Below, piece after piece: positions 21,374 through 31,206 of a stretch of DNA of 45,094 nt. Location of the stretch: positions 1-45,094 of the forward strand of contig JBLIRP010000020.1 in the NCBI GenBank assembly GCA_049472355.1. Direction: 5' to 3'. The DNA comes from a bacterium (GTDB taxonomy: Bacteria; SZUA-182; DTGQ01; JAFGSM01). Both the position numbers and the translations under genes were made by a program. The notes beneath the pieces are model-generated. The model saw only the letters and a program-made list of their open reading frames with translations. It was not told the DNA's origin and did no database searches. Positions within the stretch are counted from its first letter, which is position 1; each line of letters starts with the position of its first letter.

Positions 21374-22108
21374 TCAGTATGCATAGAGCTTTCCATAGGG
21401 CCGGTGGGTAAACGGCATGAGCTTCGAAAACGGGCCCGCAAGGATCTCCTCCGGATCGAGTGAGAAAACCTGCGCATATTCCTGGATGGCACGCCTCAGT
21501 GCGGCCCGGTCCTCCTCCTCCAGGGGAAATGCCTTCACCTCCCTGCCCAATTGGTGCTCCTCCACGCTTCCCCGCAGGTAGATACTACCCCCATGCATAC
21601 CGGTTCCACAATAGCTTCCGGCAATGGGCCTCTGCGGATCACCGTCGAGGCCGAGCAGGATGATCGTTCCGCCCGCCATGTACTCGCCCAGGAAGTCCTG
21701 GGCCACCCCTCCCGCGATGATGACGGGGTGGAGGTCCTTGTATGCCTTCATGTGGATGCCCACCCGGTATCCCACGTCACCGCGGATGAATATCTTCCCG
21801 CCGCGCATTGCATACCCGATGATATCACCGGCATGCCCGTGTATCAAGATCTTCCCGGCGTTCATGGTGTTGCCGAGCGCATCCTGGGCATTGCCGAATA
21901 CCTCGATGGTGGGGCCGTCCATGAAGGCGCCCAGGTCGTTCCCCGGCGTGCCGTTGACGGTGATGCGGATATCCCCGGACAGGCCGTCACCGATGTACCG
22001 CTGTCCGTTCACCTGTTCCAGCACCACCTCCCCCATGCCCACGGCCAGGGCCTTCCGTATCCATTCGTTCAACGCCCGGTAGTGGACCCCCTTTGCGTTG
22101 ATCCTCAT
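21374..22108 (-). CDS. Glutamate synthase C-terminal GXGXG domain protein (GltB3-like)
   Basis: Beta-helix repeats GNDLGAFMDG, GNTMNAG, GYAMRGG, GEYMAGG, GTGMHGG; ATG 22108 with [11 protein letters not shown]. Confidence 0.88.
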   Translation of the reverse strand: MRINAKGVHYRALNEWIRKALAVGMGEVVLEQVNGQRYIGDGLSGDIRITVNGTPGNDLGAFMDGPTIEVFGNAQDALGNTMNAGKILIHGHAGDIIGYAMRGGKIFIRGDVGYRVGIHMKAYKDLHPVIIAGGVAQDFLGEYMAGGTIILLGLDGDPQRPIAGSYCGTGMHGGSIYLRGSVEEHQLGREVKAFPLEEEDRAALRRAIQEYAQVFSLDPEEILAGPFSKLMPFTHRPYGKLYAY

Positions 22109-22140
22109 ACTCTCTCCCCTTTTGCGGATGCCGGTGGTGG

Positions 22141-23451
22141 TCATACCTCTATCCCCTGTCCGACGACGATGTGTTTACGATATTCCCTGGGCAGGGAGAG
22201 CAGCCCGAAATCTTCCTTGAGGAGGAGGCCCTTGAACGAGGAGATGTCCACCTTGTCCCTGATGAGCCCGGTATAGATACCGGCCCGGTCGATCCTTCCG
22301 ATCATGATCACCCCGATGATCCGGTTTTTTTCAATGACGATCTTTTTGTACACGGAATCCTCGTCACTCGCATATTGGAGCACCTCTATGCCCTTTCGCC
22401 GTTTCTCGTCCGGCAGTAGGGAGGGATCGGTCAATCCGACCGAAATGGTGGGAATGCCGGCAAGTTCGATCGAATTCATGGCCATGCATCCCTCGTAGAT
22501 GCGCCCTGCGCCTGCCATGTTCCAGCCGGCGATCCTCCCCTGCCTTGACGCATTGGGGAGAATCGCAATCGGTCTTCGGATATTGTTGATGCAATCGCTG
22601 CACTCGATGACGTCACCCGCGGCATAGATGTCCGCCACGCTGGTCATCAGGTGCTGATCCACCAGGATCCCCTTGTCCGTGGCGATCGCCGTGCCCTTGA
22701 CCAGGTCCAGCCGTGGGCGCACACCAATGGCCATGATCACCGCATCGCAGTCGATGAGCTTGTTCTCCTTGAGCACTACGGTCCCCACCCTTCCCTTCTC
22801 CCCTTCGCGGATCTCCTGAACGGTGTTCCGGGTGATGATGGTGCAGCCGCTGTTGTTCAGGGCGCGCTCGATCATCCGTGAGGCGGTGAGGTCAAAGGTG
22901 GCGCTCAGTATGCGGTCGGCAAGCTCCACGATGACCACCTTGATGGAGCGGGCGAGGAGCGCCTCGGTGACCTTGAGTCCGATAAGCCCGCCCCCCACCA
23001 CGACCACCCGCTTTACGTCGTGATCCGCGATGAATTGCTTCAGGCACAGGGAGTCATCGAGCGTGGTGAAGGTGAAGGTCCCCTGGAGGTCCCGTCCGGG
23101 GGTCTCCGGTATAATGGGGGTCCCGCCGGTGGCGATGAGCAGTTTTTCGAACCGCACCCTGGCGCCGTCGTCCAGCACCACCGTCCTTTTCCCGGTATCC
23201 AGCGTGACCACCCTCCTTCCCAGCATGGTCCGCACCCTGCGATCCGCATGGAAGGAGGCCGGTCTGTACAGCATCCCCTCGTCGCCCACCTTGTCGCACA
23301 GGTAATAGGTGATCAGGGGACGGGAGTAGATGGGGTGTTCCTCGTCGCTGATAATGAGGATGTCCCCTTCGCTGTCCCTTTCCCGAATCCCCTCCACTGC
23401 GTTGATGGCGGCGATGGAATTTCCGATGATGACATAGCGTGCGCCGGGCAT
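22141..23451 (-). CDS. FAD-dependent NAD(P)H oxidoreductase (Pyr_redox_2/NirB-like)
   Basis: YVIIGNS, LLIATGG, VVVGGGLIG, TSVADIYAAGD; ATG 23451 after GAGGAG. Confidence 0.88.
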   Translation of the reverse strand: MPGARYVIIGNSIAAINAVEGIRERDSEGDILIISDEEHPIYSRPLITYYLCDKVGDEGMLYRPASFHADRRVRTMLGRRVVTLDTGKRTVVLDDGARVRFEKLLIATGGTPIIPETPGRDLQGTFTFTTLDDSLCLKQFIADHDVKRVVVVGGGLIGLKVTEALLARSIKVVIVELADRILSATFDLTASRMIERALNNSGCTIITRNTVQEIREGEKGRVGTVVLKENKLIDCDAVIMAIGVRPRLDLVKGTAIATDKGILVDQHLMTSVADIYAAGDVIECSDCINNIRRPIAILPNASRQGRIAGWNMAGAGRIYEGCMAMNSIELAGIPTISVGLTDPSLLPDEKRRKGIEVLQYASDEDSVYKKIVIEKNRIIGVIMIGRIDRAGIYTGLIRDKVDISSFKGLLLKEDFGLLSLPREYRKHIVVGQGIEV

Positions 23452-23455
23452 GATT

Positions 23456-23893
23456 TTACTCCTCATAGACGATGGCCTCGTTGGGACAATGCAGTACGCA
23501 CACCGGTGTTGTCTCTCCGTTGCACAGGTCGCATTTGGAGGCGACCTTTTTCCCCTCGGTGTTTCGGGCAATGACCCCGAACGGGCAGACCATGATGCAC
23601 ATCCAGCACCCCACGCACCGCTCCTCGTCGCAGATGACCGCGCCGGTCTTCGGGTCCCGGTGCATGGCGCCGGTCATGCAGGCATCCAGGCAGGGGGCGT
23701 CCTCGCAGTGACGGCACTGGAGGGCAAAGGACTGGTATCCCTTCTGCTCGATCACCAGTCGGGGCTGCGCCTTGGGGTACTCCCCCTTGTAGGCCTTGAT
23801 GATCTCCTTTGATTTTGAATGCTGGACCAGGCAGTGGATCTCGCACAGCCTGCATCCCATGCAATATTCCTCGTGAATGGCGATCTTCTTCAT
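23456..23893 (-). CDS. 4Fe-4S dicluster electron-transfer protein
   Basis: CMGCRLCEIHC, CRHCEDAPC, CVGCWMCIMVCP, KCDLC...CVLHCP. Confidence 0.92.
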   Translation of the reverse strand: MKKIAIHEEYCMGCRLCEIHCLVQHSKSKEIIKAYKGEYPKAQPRLVIEQKGYQSFALQCRHCEDAPCLDACMTGAMHRDPKTGAVICDEERCVGCWMCIMVCPFGVIARNTEGKKVASKCDLCNGETTPVCVLHCPNEAIVYEE

Positions 23894-23917
23894 ACTTCAT
23901 TCCCCCTTATGGGTCGA

Positions 23918-25441
23918 TCACCAGGGCTCGCCCGCCGGCTTTATACCCAGGAGCCTCAGGTCGGTTGCGGAAAGCCCGATGCCCCGCAATGCCTCCCTGT
24001 TTCCCCGCAGGGACTCTATGGCATTGATCCCCATGCCCCCCAGCATCTCCTTGATCTCCAGTGACCATGCGCGCAGCAGGTTGAGGAGCCTGCGCGCGCC
24101 GATGTTCGGGTTGAGACGCTTGGTGAGATAGGGGTCCTGGGTGGCGATGCCCCAGTTGCATTTTCCTGTGTAGCACTTCTGGCACACGTGACATCCCATG
24201 GCCACCAGGGCGGCGGTGCCGATATACACGGCGTCCGCCCCCAGGGCGATGGCCTTGATGATGTCCCCGCTGTTGCGGAAGCCGCCCGCTACGAGCACGG
24301 ACGCCTGGTTTCGGATGCCTTCCTCCCGCAGGCGCGTGTCCACCGCGGCGATGGCGAGCTCGATGGGGATGCCCACGTTGTTCCGGATAACGGTGGGGGC
24401 GGCCCCGGTTCCTCCCCGCAGGCCGTCGATGGTGACGAAATCCGCCCCTGCGCGGACAATCCCCGTGGCGATGGGCGCCACATTGTGAACGGCCGAGATC
24501 TTCACCCCGACCGGTTTTTTGTATTGGGTGGCCTCCTTGAGGGCGTAGATGAGCTGGCTCAGGTCCTCGATGGAATAGATATCGTGGTGGGGGGCAGGGG
24601 AAATGGCATCCGACCCCTCCGGTATCATGCGGGTGCGGCTGATCTCCACGTCAACCTTCTCACCGGGAAGGTGCCCGCCGATGCCGGGTTTCGCCCCCTG
24701 GCCGATCTTGATCTCGATGGCGGCGCCGGCATTGAGGTATTCGGCATGCACCCCGAACCTGCCGGAGGCGACCTGCACGATGGTGTGGCCCCCGTATTTG
24801 TAGAGTTCCTTGTGCAATCCCCCCTCGCCGGTATTGTAGAAGGTACCGAACTCAGCGGCCGCCTTGGAAAGCGCCCGGCATGCATTCAGGCTTATGGACC
24901 CGTACGACATGGCGGAGAAAAGGATGGGGGTCTCCAGGACCAGTTGTCCGCCCGGCGCGCCCTTGAACTCGAACCTGCCCTCCTTCCCGCGGGTGATCTC
25001 CAGGCTGTCCGGTTTGCGGCCGATGTAGGTCCGCAGTTCCATGGGCTCCCTGAGGGGATCGATGGAGGGGTTGGTCACCTGCGATGCATTGAGGAGGATG
25101 TGATCCCAGTAAATGGGGTAGGGCCGGTCGCACCCCATGCCGGTGAGCAGGACGCCCCCGGTGTCCGCCTGCCTGGTGATGCCGAGGATGACATCCTGCT
25201 GCCAGTTGGTGTTGGTCCGCACATCCGAGGGATTCTTTCGTATGACGAGGGCGTCGGTGGGGCAGAAGCTCTCGCAGAAATGGCAGCCCACGCATTTGGT
25301 GGAATCGGTGGTCACCTGCTGGGTGTCCGGATCGAACCGATGGGCGTCGAAGGCGCACATCCGGCAGCATACCTGGCAGTTGATGCACCGGTCGCGATCA
25401 CGGTCCACCACAAAGTCCGATGTCAGGGGCACCTTGGCCAT
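23918..25441 (-). CDS. Glutamate synthase FMN-binding subunit (GltB2-like) with N-terminal 2x[4Fe-4S]
   Basis: CINCQVC and CVGCHFC; AMSYGS, NTGEGG, QVASGRFGV, EIKIGQGAKPG, CHVCQKCYTGKC. Confidence 0.93.
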   Translation of the reverse strand: MAKVPLTSDFVVDRDRDRCINCQVCCRMCAFDAHRFDPDTQQVTTDSTKCVGCHFCESFCPTDALVIRKNPSDVRTNTNWQQDVILGITRQADTGGVLLTGMGCDRPYPIYWDHILLNASQVTNPSIDPLREPMELRTYIGRKPDSLEITRGKEGRFEFKGAPGGQLVLETPILFSAMSYGSISLNACRALSKAAAEFGTFYNTGEGGLHKELYKYGGHTIVQVASGRFGVHAEYLNAGAAIEIKIGQGAKPGIGGHLPGEKVDVEISRTRMIPEGSDAISPAPHHDIYSIEDLSQLIYALKEATQYKKPVGVKISAVHNVAPIATGIVRAGADFVTIDGLRGGTGAAPTVIRNNVGIPIELAIAAVDTRLREEGIRNQASVLVAGGFRNSGDIIKAIALGADAVYIGTAALVAMGCHVCQKCYTGKCNWGIATQDPYLTKRLNPNIGARRLLNLLRAWSLEIKEMLGGMGINAIESLRGNREALRGIGLSATDLRLLGIKPAGEPW

Positions 25442-26568
25442 CACGCCGCCTCGCTTTGCTTCAGCCGGGCGAACACCGGCTCCCCTGCCTTGGGCATCCA
25501 TACGCTGTCCGGCTGGGGACAGATCTCCCTGATGGCCGATTCCTCGGAGGCGATATACACCAAATCCCCGTGCCTGGCCGCCACCAGGGGGCGCAATTTC
25601 ACCCGGTCGTTCAGGCCGATCATGGTGTGCGCATTGGCCGCTATCACCGCAAAGGGGCCGTTAATGAGCGCGGATGCATAGACGATACGCAGGCTCCGGT
25701 ACAGCTCCCGTTCTTCATCGGGCATCCGCTCAATGTCATCCCAGAAGGGGGCGGAAAAGACCCGTGCCAGAATCTCGAAGGGAAGCCCGTGTTTTCGGTG
25801 GATGAGATCGAACAGGTAGGTGATGACCTCGGTGTCGGTGTAGAAGGCGCAGTTGTATCCGAAATTCTCCAGATAGCGGCGATTGATGCCGTACGAGGAT
25901 ATCTCCCCGTTGTGCACCACCGACCAGTCCAGGAGGCCGAAGGGATGGGCACCTCCCCACCAGGCCACGCTGTTGGTGGGAAACCTTCCATGGGCGGTCC
26001 ACAGGTATCCCTTGTACCTGTCCAGGCAATAGAATTCGCCGATGTCCTCGGGGTACCCCACCCCCTTGAAGATCCCCATGTCCTTACCGCTGGAGACCAC
26101 GAAGGCGTTGGGTATGCGGCTGTTCACGAACATCACCGATTGGACCACCAGGTCCTCCTCGGAGGGGAGATGCAGTTGCGCCAGCACCTCCTCCTTGGGC
26201 TCCAGGAAATATTTCCAGAGCAGGGGGATGTTCCCTATGGCCTCGACCTTCTTGAATGGGATGGGGCCGTCGTGGATGATGGTGTAGTATTTGCGAAGAT
26301 ATGCCTCCGCCTCCTGCTTTGCCCCTTCCTCGTCGTATATCACGTGAAATGCATAGTATTTGGCCATCTCCGGATAGATCCCGTAGGCGGCGAACCCCCC
26401 TCCCATGCCGTTTGACCGGTCGTGCATGAGGGCGATGGATTCGATGACGGAGCTTCCGCTGAACCGCCTTCCCGATTCATCCATGATGCCGGATACCGCG
26501 CATCCGCCCGGCACATGATAGTCCCGGTCGCCGAGATATGACAGGTTGTTCATAAGCGATAGTGTCAT
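25441..26568 (-). CDS. Glutamate synthase amidotransferase subunit (GltB1-like, class II GATase)
   Basis: GG|CAVSGI Ntn cysteine, HGRFPTN, AHPF, VHNGEI, TDTE, DRVKLRP, ASEE. Confidence 0.9.
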   Translation of the reverse strand: MTLSLMNNLSYLGDRDYHVPGGCAVSGIMDESGRRFSGSSVIESIALMHDRSNGMGGGFAAYGIYPEMAKYYAFHVIYDEEGAKQEAEAYLRKYYTIIHDGPIPFKKVEAIGNIPLLWKYFLEPKEEVLAQLHLPSEEDLVVQSVMFVNSRIPNAFVVSSGKDMGIFKGVGYPEDIGEFYCLDRYKGYLWTAHGRFPTNSVAWWGGAHPFGLLDWSVVHNGEISSYGINRRYLENFGYNCAFYTDTEVITYLFDLIHRKHGLPFEILARVFSAPFWDDIERMPDEERELYRSLRIVYASALINGPFAVIAANAHTMIGLNDRVKLRPLVAARHGDLVYIASEESAIREICPQPDSVWMPKAGEPVFARLKQSEAA

Positions 26569-26819
26569 TGTTCCGTGATTCCCAGTTTCTTGATCTTTGA
26601 ATGCAGTGTGTTCCGGTTGATGCCCAGGATCTTTGCCGCCCGGAGCTTGTTTCCGCCGGTTTTCACCAGTATGTGCTCGATCAGTATCCGTTCCGTCTTC
26701 TCGATGACAAACCGGTAGACCCCCTCCTTTCCGGCACCGAAGCAGGATGTCTCAAGGTCCGCTATGGCGGCCTGCAAAAAGTCGGTTCCGAGGGGGTATG
26801 TATTCCTGTTTCGTGTCAT
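26565..26819 (-). CDS. Stand-alone Fis-family HTH protein
   Basis: [34 protein letters not shown]; stop overlaps the gltB1 ATG. Confidence 0.85.
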   Translation of the reverse strand: MTRNRNTYPLGTDFLQAAIADLETSCFGAGKEGVYRFVIEKTERILIEHILVKTGGNKLRAAKILGINRNTLHSKIKKLGITEQ

Positions 26820-27038
26820 TGTTCTCCATAATCCATCACTATAGCATACATTGCCGCGTTTTTTCTAAGATTTTTTGTGTTTGTGTACCATTTCCCTCTG
26901 CCTTGCAATATATTCATAGTACATTGGATATGCGCGATTCCCTTTGCTTCCGTCAGCATCGGCGCATTGCGCAACTGCTTAAAAAGTAAGCAATTTCACA
27001 TACTAAAACGCATCCTTCCTGTCTTGTCGCTCATGAAG

Positions 27039-27079
27039 GGGCACAAAACCCTCCCGGAATCCGGGAGGGTTTTGTGCCC
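27039..27079 (-). terminator. Strong hairpin downstream of glnA
   Basis: Perfect inverted repeat GGGCACAAAACCCTCCCGGA / TCCGGGAGGGTTTTGTGCCC. Confidence 0.75.
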
Positions 27080-27091
27080 TTGTACACCATC

Positions 27092-28423
27092 CTACAAAAT
27101 GGGCAACAGGTTTTCTATCTCATAGCGGGTCAACTGGATACGGTAATCCTCCCACTCATTCTTCTTCAAGGTCACAAATCGGCTGAATACGTGGTCACCC
27201 AGGGCTTCCTTCATGAGCTGGCTCGCCTCGGTGAGCGAGATCGCCTCCCCGAGGCTGTCGGGCAGGGATTCAACGCCTGCATCCTTTCGCTCCTGAGGCG
27301 AGAGATGGTAGAGATTCTTCTCCATCGGCTTGGGCAGTTCGTATCCCTTTTCGATGCCCTGGAGCCCTGCATGAAGTATAGCGGCGAAGGTCAGATAGGG
27401 ATTGCATGCAGGATCGGGACACCGCAATTCGCACCGGGTTGCCATCTCCATCCCGGGGTGATACATGGGAACGCGTATCAGGGCGGAGCGGTTTCGCCGT
27501 GACCAGGCAATGTACACCGGGGCCTCGTAGCCTGGGACCAATCGCTTGTAGGAGTTGACCCATTGGGCGAATACCGCCGACATCTCCCTGGCATGGCTGA
27601 GCTGCCCCGCGATGAATCCCTTCGCCTCCGGACTCAGGTGATATTGATCCTCGGGATCAAAGAAGGCATTCTTCTTTCCCCTGAACAGGGACTGATGTGT
27701 GTGCATGCCGCTTCCATTCTGACGGAAGAGCGGCTTCGGCATGAATGTGGCGTAACATCCGTATTTCTGCGCGATCTCCTTGACCACGATGCGGTAGGTG
27801 ATGACATTGTCCGCCATGGTCAGGGCATCGGTAAAGCGCATATCGATCTCGTGCTGTGAGGGTCCCACCTCGTGGTGGCTGTACTCGATGGGAATCCCCA
27901 TGTTCTCCAGGGCCAATACGGTGTCCCTTCGAAGGTCGCTTGCAACATCCAGCGTGGTGAGATCGAAATAACCGCCCCTGTCCAGGACCTCGGTCCCCTG
28001 ATCATTCTTGAAATAGAAATACTCCAGTTCAGGCCCGACGTAGTAGTGATCGAAACCCATGTCCTTTGCCCGCTGCAGTGCCCGCTTCAGTACGTACCGG
28101 GGGTCTCCTTCGTAGGGCTTTCTGTCCGGGGTAAGGATGTCGCAGATCATGCGTGCCACTGCCTTTTCGTTGGGCCTCCAGGGAAGCACATTGAAGGTGC
28201 CGGGGTCCGGCATGGCAATCATGTCGCTCTCTTCGATGGACTGATAGCCGGTGATCGAAGAGCCGTCGAAACCCATGCCCTTTTCCAGTGCCCCCTCCAA
28301 TTCACCCTCGGTGATCGCAAAGCTCTTCACCTGCCCCAGTATGTCAGTGAACCACAAACGTATGAATTTGACATCCTTATCCTTGACGATCTTCAGGATA
28401 TCCTCTTTTGTTTTGGTAGCCAT
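27092..28423 (-). CDS. glnA: Glutamine synthetase type I
   Basis: FDGSS, HHEVGPSQHEI, TFMPKP, NGSGMHTH, NSYKRLVPGYEAP, NRSALIRVP, ELRCPD; RBS AGGAGGAG. Confidence 0.97.
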   Translation of the reverse strand: MATKTKEDILKIVKDKDVKFIRLWFTDILGQVKSFAITEGELEGALEKGMGFDGSSITGYQSIEESDMIAMPDPGTFNVLPWRPNEKAVARMICDILTPDRKPYEGDPRYVLKRALQRAKDMGFDHYYVGPELEYFYFKNDQGTEVLDRGGYFDLTTLDVASDLRRDTVLALENMGIPIEYSHHEVGPSQHEIDMRFTDALTMADNVITYRIVVKEIAQKYGCYATFMPKPLFRQNGSGMHTHQSLFRGKKNAFFDPEDQYHLSPEAKGFIAGQLSHAREMSAVFAQWVNSYKRLVPGYEAPVYIAWSRRNRSALIRVPMYHPGMEMATRCELRCPDPACNPYLTFAAILHAGLQGIEKGYELPKPMEKNLYHLSPQERKDAGVESLPDSLGEAISLTEASQLMKEALGDHVFSRFVTLKKNEWEDYRIQLTRYEIENLLPIL

Positions 28424-28454
28424 TCTGCTCCTCCTTTCCCTTTATTGGATGCCG

Positions 28455-28670
28455 TTATGACGAGAACCGTTCGTTACTTATTCTCTTGATATGGTCGAGA
28501 CACTCCTCCAGCATGTGGAATTTGTCCCGGACAGCTTGCGAGGTGGGATCGATCTCCCACAGGGACCATATCTCGTCCAGGACATTCAGGGCCTTCTCAG
28601 TAAGTCCCTCGATAAGCCTCGCGGGGTGAGTCGTCGTGTCGTGCCCGTTGTCTCTCTTTGTCCGTCCCAT
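28455..28670 (-). CDS. Small hypothetical helical protein (71 aa) upstream of glnA
   Basis: ATG 28670 after purine-rich GAAAGGGCGGA; lies between the sigma54 promoter and glnA; amphipathic helical pattern. Confidence 0.55.
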   Translation of the reverse strand: MGRTKRDNGHDTTTHPARLIEGLTEKALNVLDEIWSLWEIDPTSQAVRDKFHMLEECLDHIKRISNERFSS

Positions 28671-28765
28671 AGTATTATCCGCCCTTTCCGGGTGCCGCCG
28701 GTGCACCGGATTCGTTCCCTGCTATGTGCCGGCGTTTATCCTTCGATTGCCCTGCCTGACTATTC

Positions 28766-28782
28766 CGCAACTTTGATGCCCG
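28766..28782 (-). promoter_or_regulatory. Sigma54 promoter of the orf-glnA unit
   Basis: Minus strand CGGGCATCAAAGTTGCG = GG-N10-GC. Confidence 0.75.
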
Positions 28783-28809
28783 GGGATGCGATGCTCACAA
28801 TATTTTTAT

Positions 28810-28822
28810 TATCAAGGAGTTA
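28810..28822 (+). promoter_or_regulatory. IHF-binding site
   Basis: TATCAAGGAGTTA matches WATCAA-N4-TTR exactly; lies between the sigma54 promoter and the putative enhancers. Confidence 0.6.
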
Positions 28823-28847
28823 GCGTGTAATGTACCGATTTTTGGGA

Positions 28848-28864
28848 TGCGCAAAAAATGGGCA
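28848..28864. promoter_or_regulatory. NtrC-box-like site
   Basis: TGCGC-AAAAAAT-GGGCA resembles the 17-bp TGCAC-N7-GTGCA NtrC consensus. Confidence 0.4.
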
Positions 28865-28938
28865 TTTCACGGAGGCGGCAGGGTGAAAGGGATGCGTTTT
28901 CGAAGGATTCCCTTTCACTATCATGGACTTAGAAATCG

Positions 28939-28972
28939 TGTCACAATTTTGGCGCCTGCCACAATTTTGGCA
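28939..28972. promoter_or_regulatory. Tandem palindromic enhancer-like sites
   Basis: TGTCACAATTTTGGCG and TGCCACAATTTTGGCA (TGCCA-N6-TGGCA), 18-bp period. Confidence 0.6.
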
Positions 28973-29346
28973 CCCGTTATTCCAGTGATAAGAGGAAGGA
29001 CGATCCCGGCCATCCCGCCCCATAAAGGGATTGGTGATGGCGAAGCGATCCGCGTGGAGAGCGCTTCGCCAAGCTCGTCGGTGTCAATCCGTCCGCCAGG
29101 GTGCATGAAGAAAAAAGTCACCGCCAAGGGATGCCGTTTGTATGCCTGCCAGATATTGTGCGTATGCCAAAAAGCAGTCAATGGAATTATTTGCTTTTAA
29201 AACAGGAAGATAACAGGAATCGCGCGTTATTCCCGGGTGAATCCTGTCACTTTCGTACCGGGCGATGGAGGCTCAAAAAAAGAAATTTGGCTCCGTAACT
29301 CCTTGTTAATACGTATTTTTATCCTTGCCAGACCCTTTTCGTCCGT

Positions 29347-29363
29347 TTGGCACAGGACTTGTT
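29347..29363 (+). promoter_or_regulatory. Sigma54 promoter of amtB-glnK-nadE (-12 variant)
   Basis: TTGGCACAGGACTTGTT: strong -24 element, GG-N10-GT; IHF-like TAACAAGGAGTTA on the minus strand at 29296-29308. Confidence 0.65.
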
Positions 29364-29450
29364 CTCTACTCCATCATAAGGGTCATGACCACACCCGTTT
29401 TTCTCGCAGGAGGAGAACGCCGAATCCTTTTATCTCATTATTAGGGAGGG

Positions 29451-30815
29451 ATGACAATGCGTCATACACGATACCGTACATTCAGATGGTTGTGCCTGGC
29501 GGGAGCGCTCACGCTCTGTATCGGCCTGTGCCTGGCCGGCGCGGCATTCGCCGAACAGGGGGGGGCCGCTGCGGGCACCTCCGGGATCGACACCCTGTGG
29601 GTGCTCCTTGCCGCCTTTATGGTCTTTCTCATGCAGGCGGGTTTCGGGATGCTGGAGGCCGGATTGATCAGAACGAAGAATACCTGTAACGTCCTGATGA
29701 ACAATTTCCTTGACTTTTGCATGGCCTCCACCGCCTTTTACCTGTTCGGATACGCAATAATGTTCGGAAAGGGCAATGGTTTTATCGGGCTTAGCGGATG
29801 GGCGATGGTGAATGCCACCCACGAGGGGAGCATCCCCTTGGAGGCCGCCTGGTTGTTTCACGCCGTATTCTGCGGGGCTGCGGCGACCATCGTTGCCGGC
29901 GGCATCGCGGAGAGGATGAAATTCAAGGCATACCTGATGTATTCCTTTCTCATTTCCGCCACCGTGTATCCGATAATCGGCCACTGGATCTGGGGCGGAG
30001 GGTGGCTTGCCCGGCTCGGGTTTGCGGATTTCGCCGGCTCCACCGTAGTCCATGCGGTGGGCGGTACTGCGGCCCTGGTGGGAACGGTCATCGTGGGCCC
30101 ACGGATCGGCAAGTTCAACAAGGATGGGTCCGCCAATGCCATCGAGGGGCATTCCATGGCCCTCGCCTCGCTTGGCGCCCTGATACTCTGGTTTTGCTGG
30201 TTCGGGTTCAACCCAGGATCGACCCTGAGTGTGGGCGATGGGAGCTTCATGGCCCGGGTGGCCATGACCACCAATCTGGCAGCCGCTGCCGGCGCCCTTT
30301 CCGCCATGTTTTTTGCCTGGTTTCTGTTCGGAAAGCCGGACCTGACCATGGCAATGAACGGCGCCCTTGCCGGCCTGGTGGCCATCACCGCGCCGTGCGC
30401 CTATGTCATGCCCCACGAGGCCATGATTATCGGGGTGATCGGCGGGATCATCGTCGTCCTGGGGACCATGTTCCTCGACAGGATCCATATCGACGACCCG
30501 GTCGGTGCAGTACCCGTGCACTGCATGAACGGGGTGTGGGGTACGATCGCCGTCGGCATCTTCGGACGTCAAGGCTTCGGCGGACTGGCCAGGAGCGGAT
30601 TGCTCCACGGCGGTGGATTTGCCCTGCTCGGCATCCAGGTGCTTGGGACCCTCTCGGCGGTGATATTCGTGATTGTTGCGATGACCGTTATCTTCAAAGG
30701 TATTGATGCCATAGTCGGTCTGAGGGTTTCCCGCGACGAGGAGCTGAAGGGGCTCGACCTGAGCCAGCACGGCATGGACGCGTATGCCGGGTTTCAGATC
30801 TTTACAACCAAATAG
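29451..30815 (+). CDS. amtB: Ammonium transporter
   Basis: Signal peptide; LMQAGF, DFAGSTVVH, WFGFNPGS, DDPVGAVPVH; start may be ATG 29457. Confidence 0.95.
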   Translation: MTMRHTRYRTFRWLCLAGALTLCIGLCLAGAAFAEQGGAAAGTSGIDTLWVLLAAFMVFLMQAGFGMLEAGLIRTKNTCNVLMNNFLDFCMASTAFYLFGYAIMFGKGNGFIGLSGWAMVNATHEGSIPLEAAWLFHAVFCGAAATIVAGGIAERMKFKAYLMYSFLISATVYPIIGHWIWGGGWLARLGFADFAGSTVVHAVGGTAALVGTVIVGPRIGKFNKDGSANAIEGHSMALASLGALILWFCWFGFNPGSTLSVGDGSFMARVAMTTNLAAAAGALSAMFFAWFLFGKPDLTMAMNGALAGLVAITAPCAYVMPHEAMIIGVIGGIIVVLGTMFLDRIHIDDPVGAVPVHCMNGVWGTIAVGIFGRQGFGGLARSGLLHGGGFALLGIQVLGTLSAVIFVIVAMTVIFKGIDAIVGLRVSRDEELKGLDLSQHGMDAYAGFQIFTTK

Positions 30816-30836
30816 GGATGCATGAGGAGAAAGGCC

Positions 30837-31178
30837 ATGAAACTGATTATTGCCTATATTCAGCCGCATAAGCTGAGTGATGTAAAGCAGGCGCTGTATG
30901 CCGCAGAGGTGCACAAGATGTCCGTGACCAACGCACTCGGCTGCGGCCAGCAGAAGGGATACACCGAAACCTATCGCGGTGTGGCCATAGAGGTGAACCT
31001 GCTCAAGAAGGTGCGCCTCGAGATCGCCGTAAACGAGGATTTCGTCAAACCAACCATCGATGCGATTGTGCAGGGGGCACGGACCGGTGAGATCGGCGAC
31101 GGAAAGATCTTTGTGCTCGATCTCGAGGAGTGCATACAGATACGGACCGGTGATACGGGGAATAAGGCGATAGGGTAG
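30837..31178 (+). CDS. glnK: PII nitrogen regulatory protein
   Basis: [37 protein letters not shown]; adjacent to amtB. Confidence 0.93.
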   Translation: MKLIIAYIQPHKLSDVKQALYAAEVHKMSVTNALGCGQQKGYTETYRGVAIEVNLLKKVRLEIAVNEDFVKPTIDAIVQGARTGEIGDGKIFVLDLEECIQIRTGDTGNKAIG

Positions 31179-31206
31179 GTATCGATCGAAGGGATGGGGC
31201 GATTCC

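Noticed and set aside
2369..26415. Many long antisense or alternate-frame ORFs (e.g. 2369-4048, 4451-5845, 19032-21386, 24188-25681)
   Set aside because: They shadow well-supported genes, as expected from high GC3 codon bias, and have no motifs.
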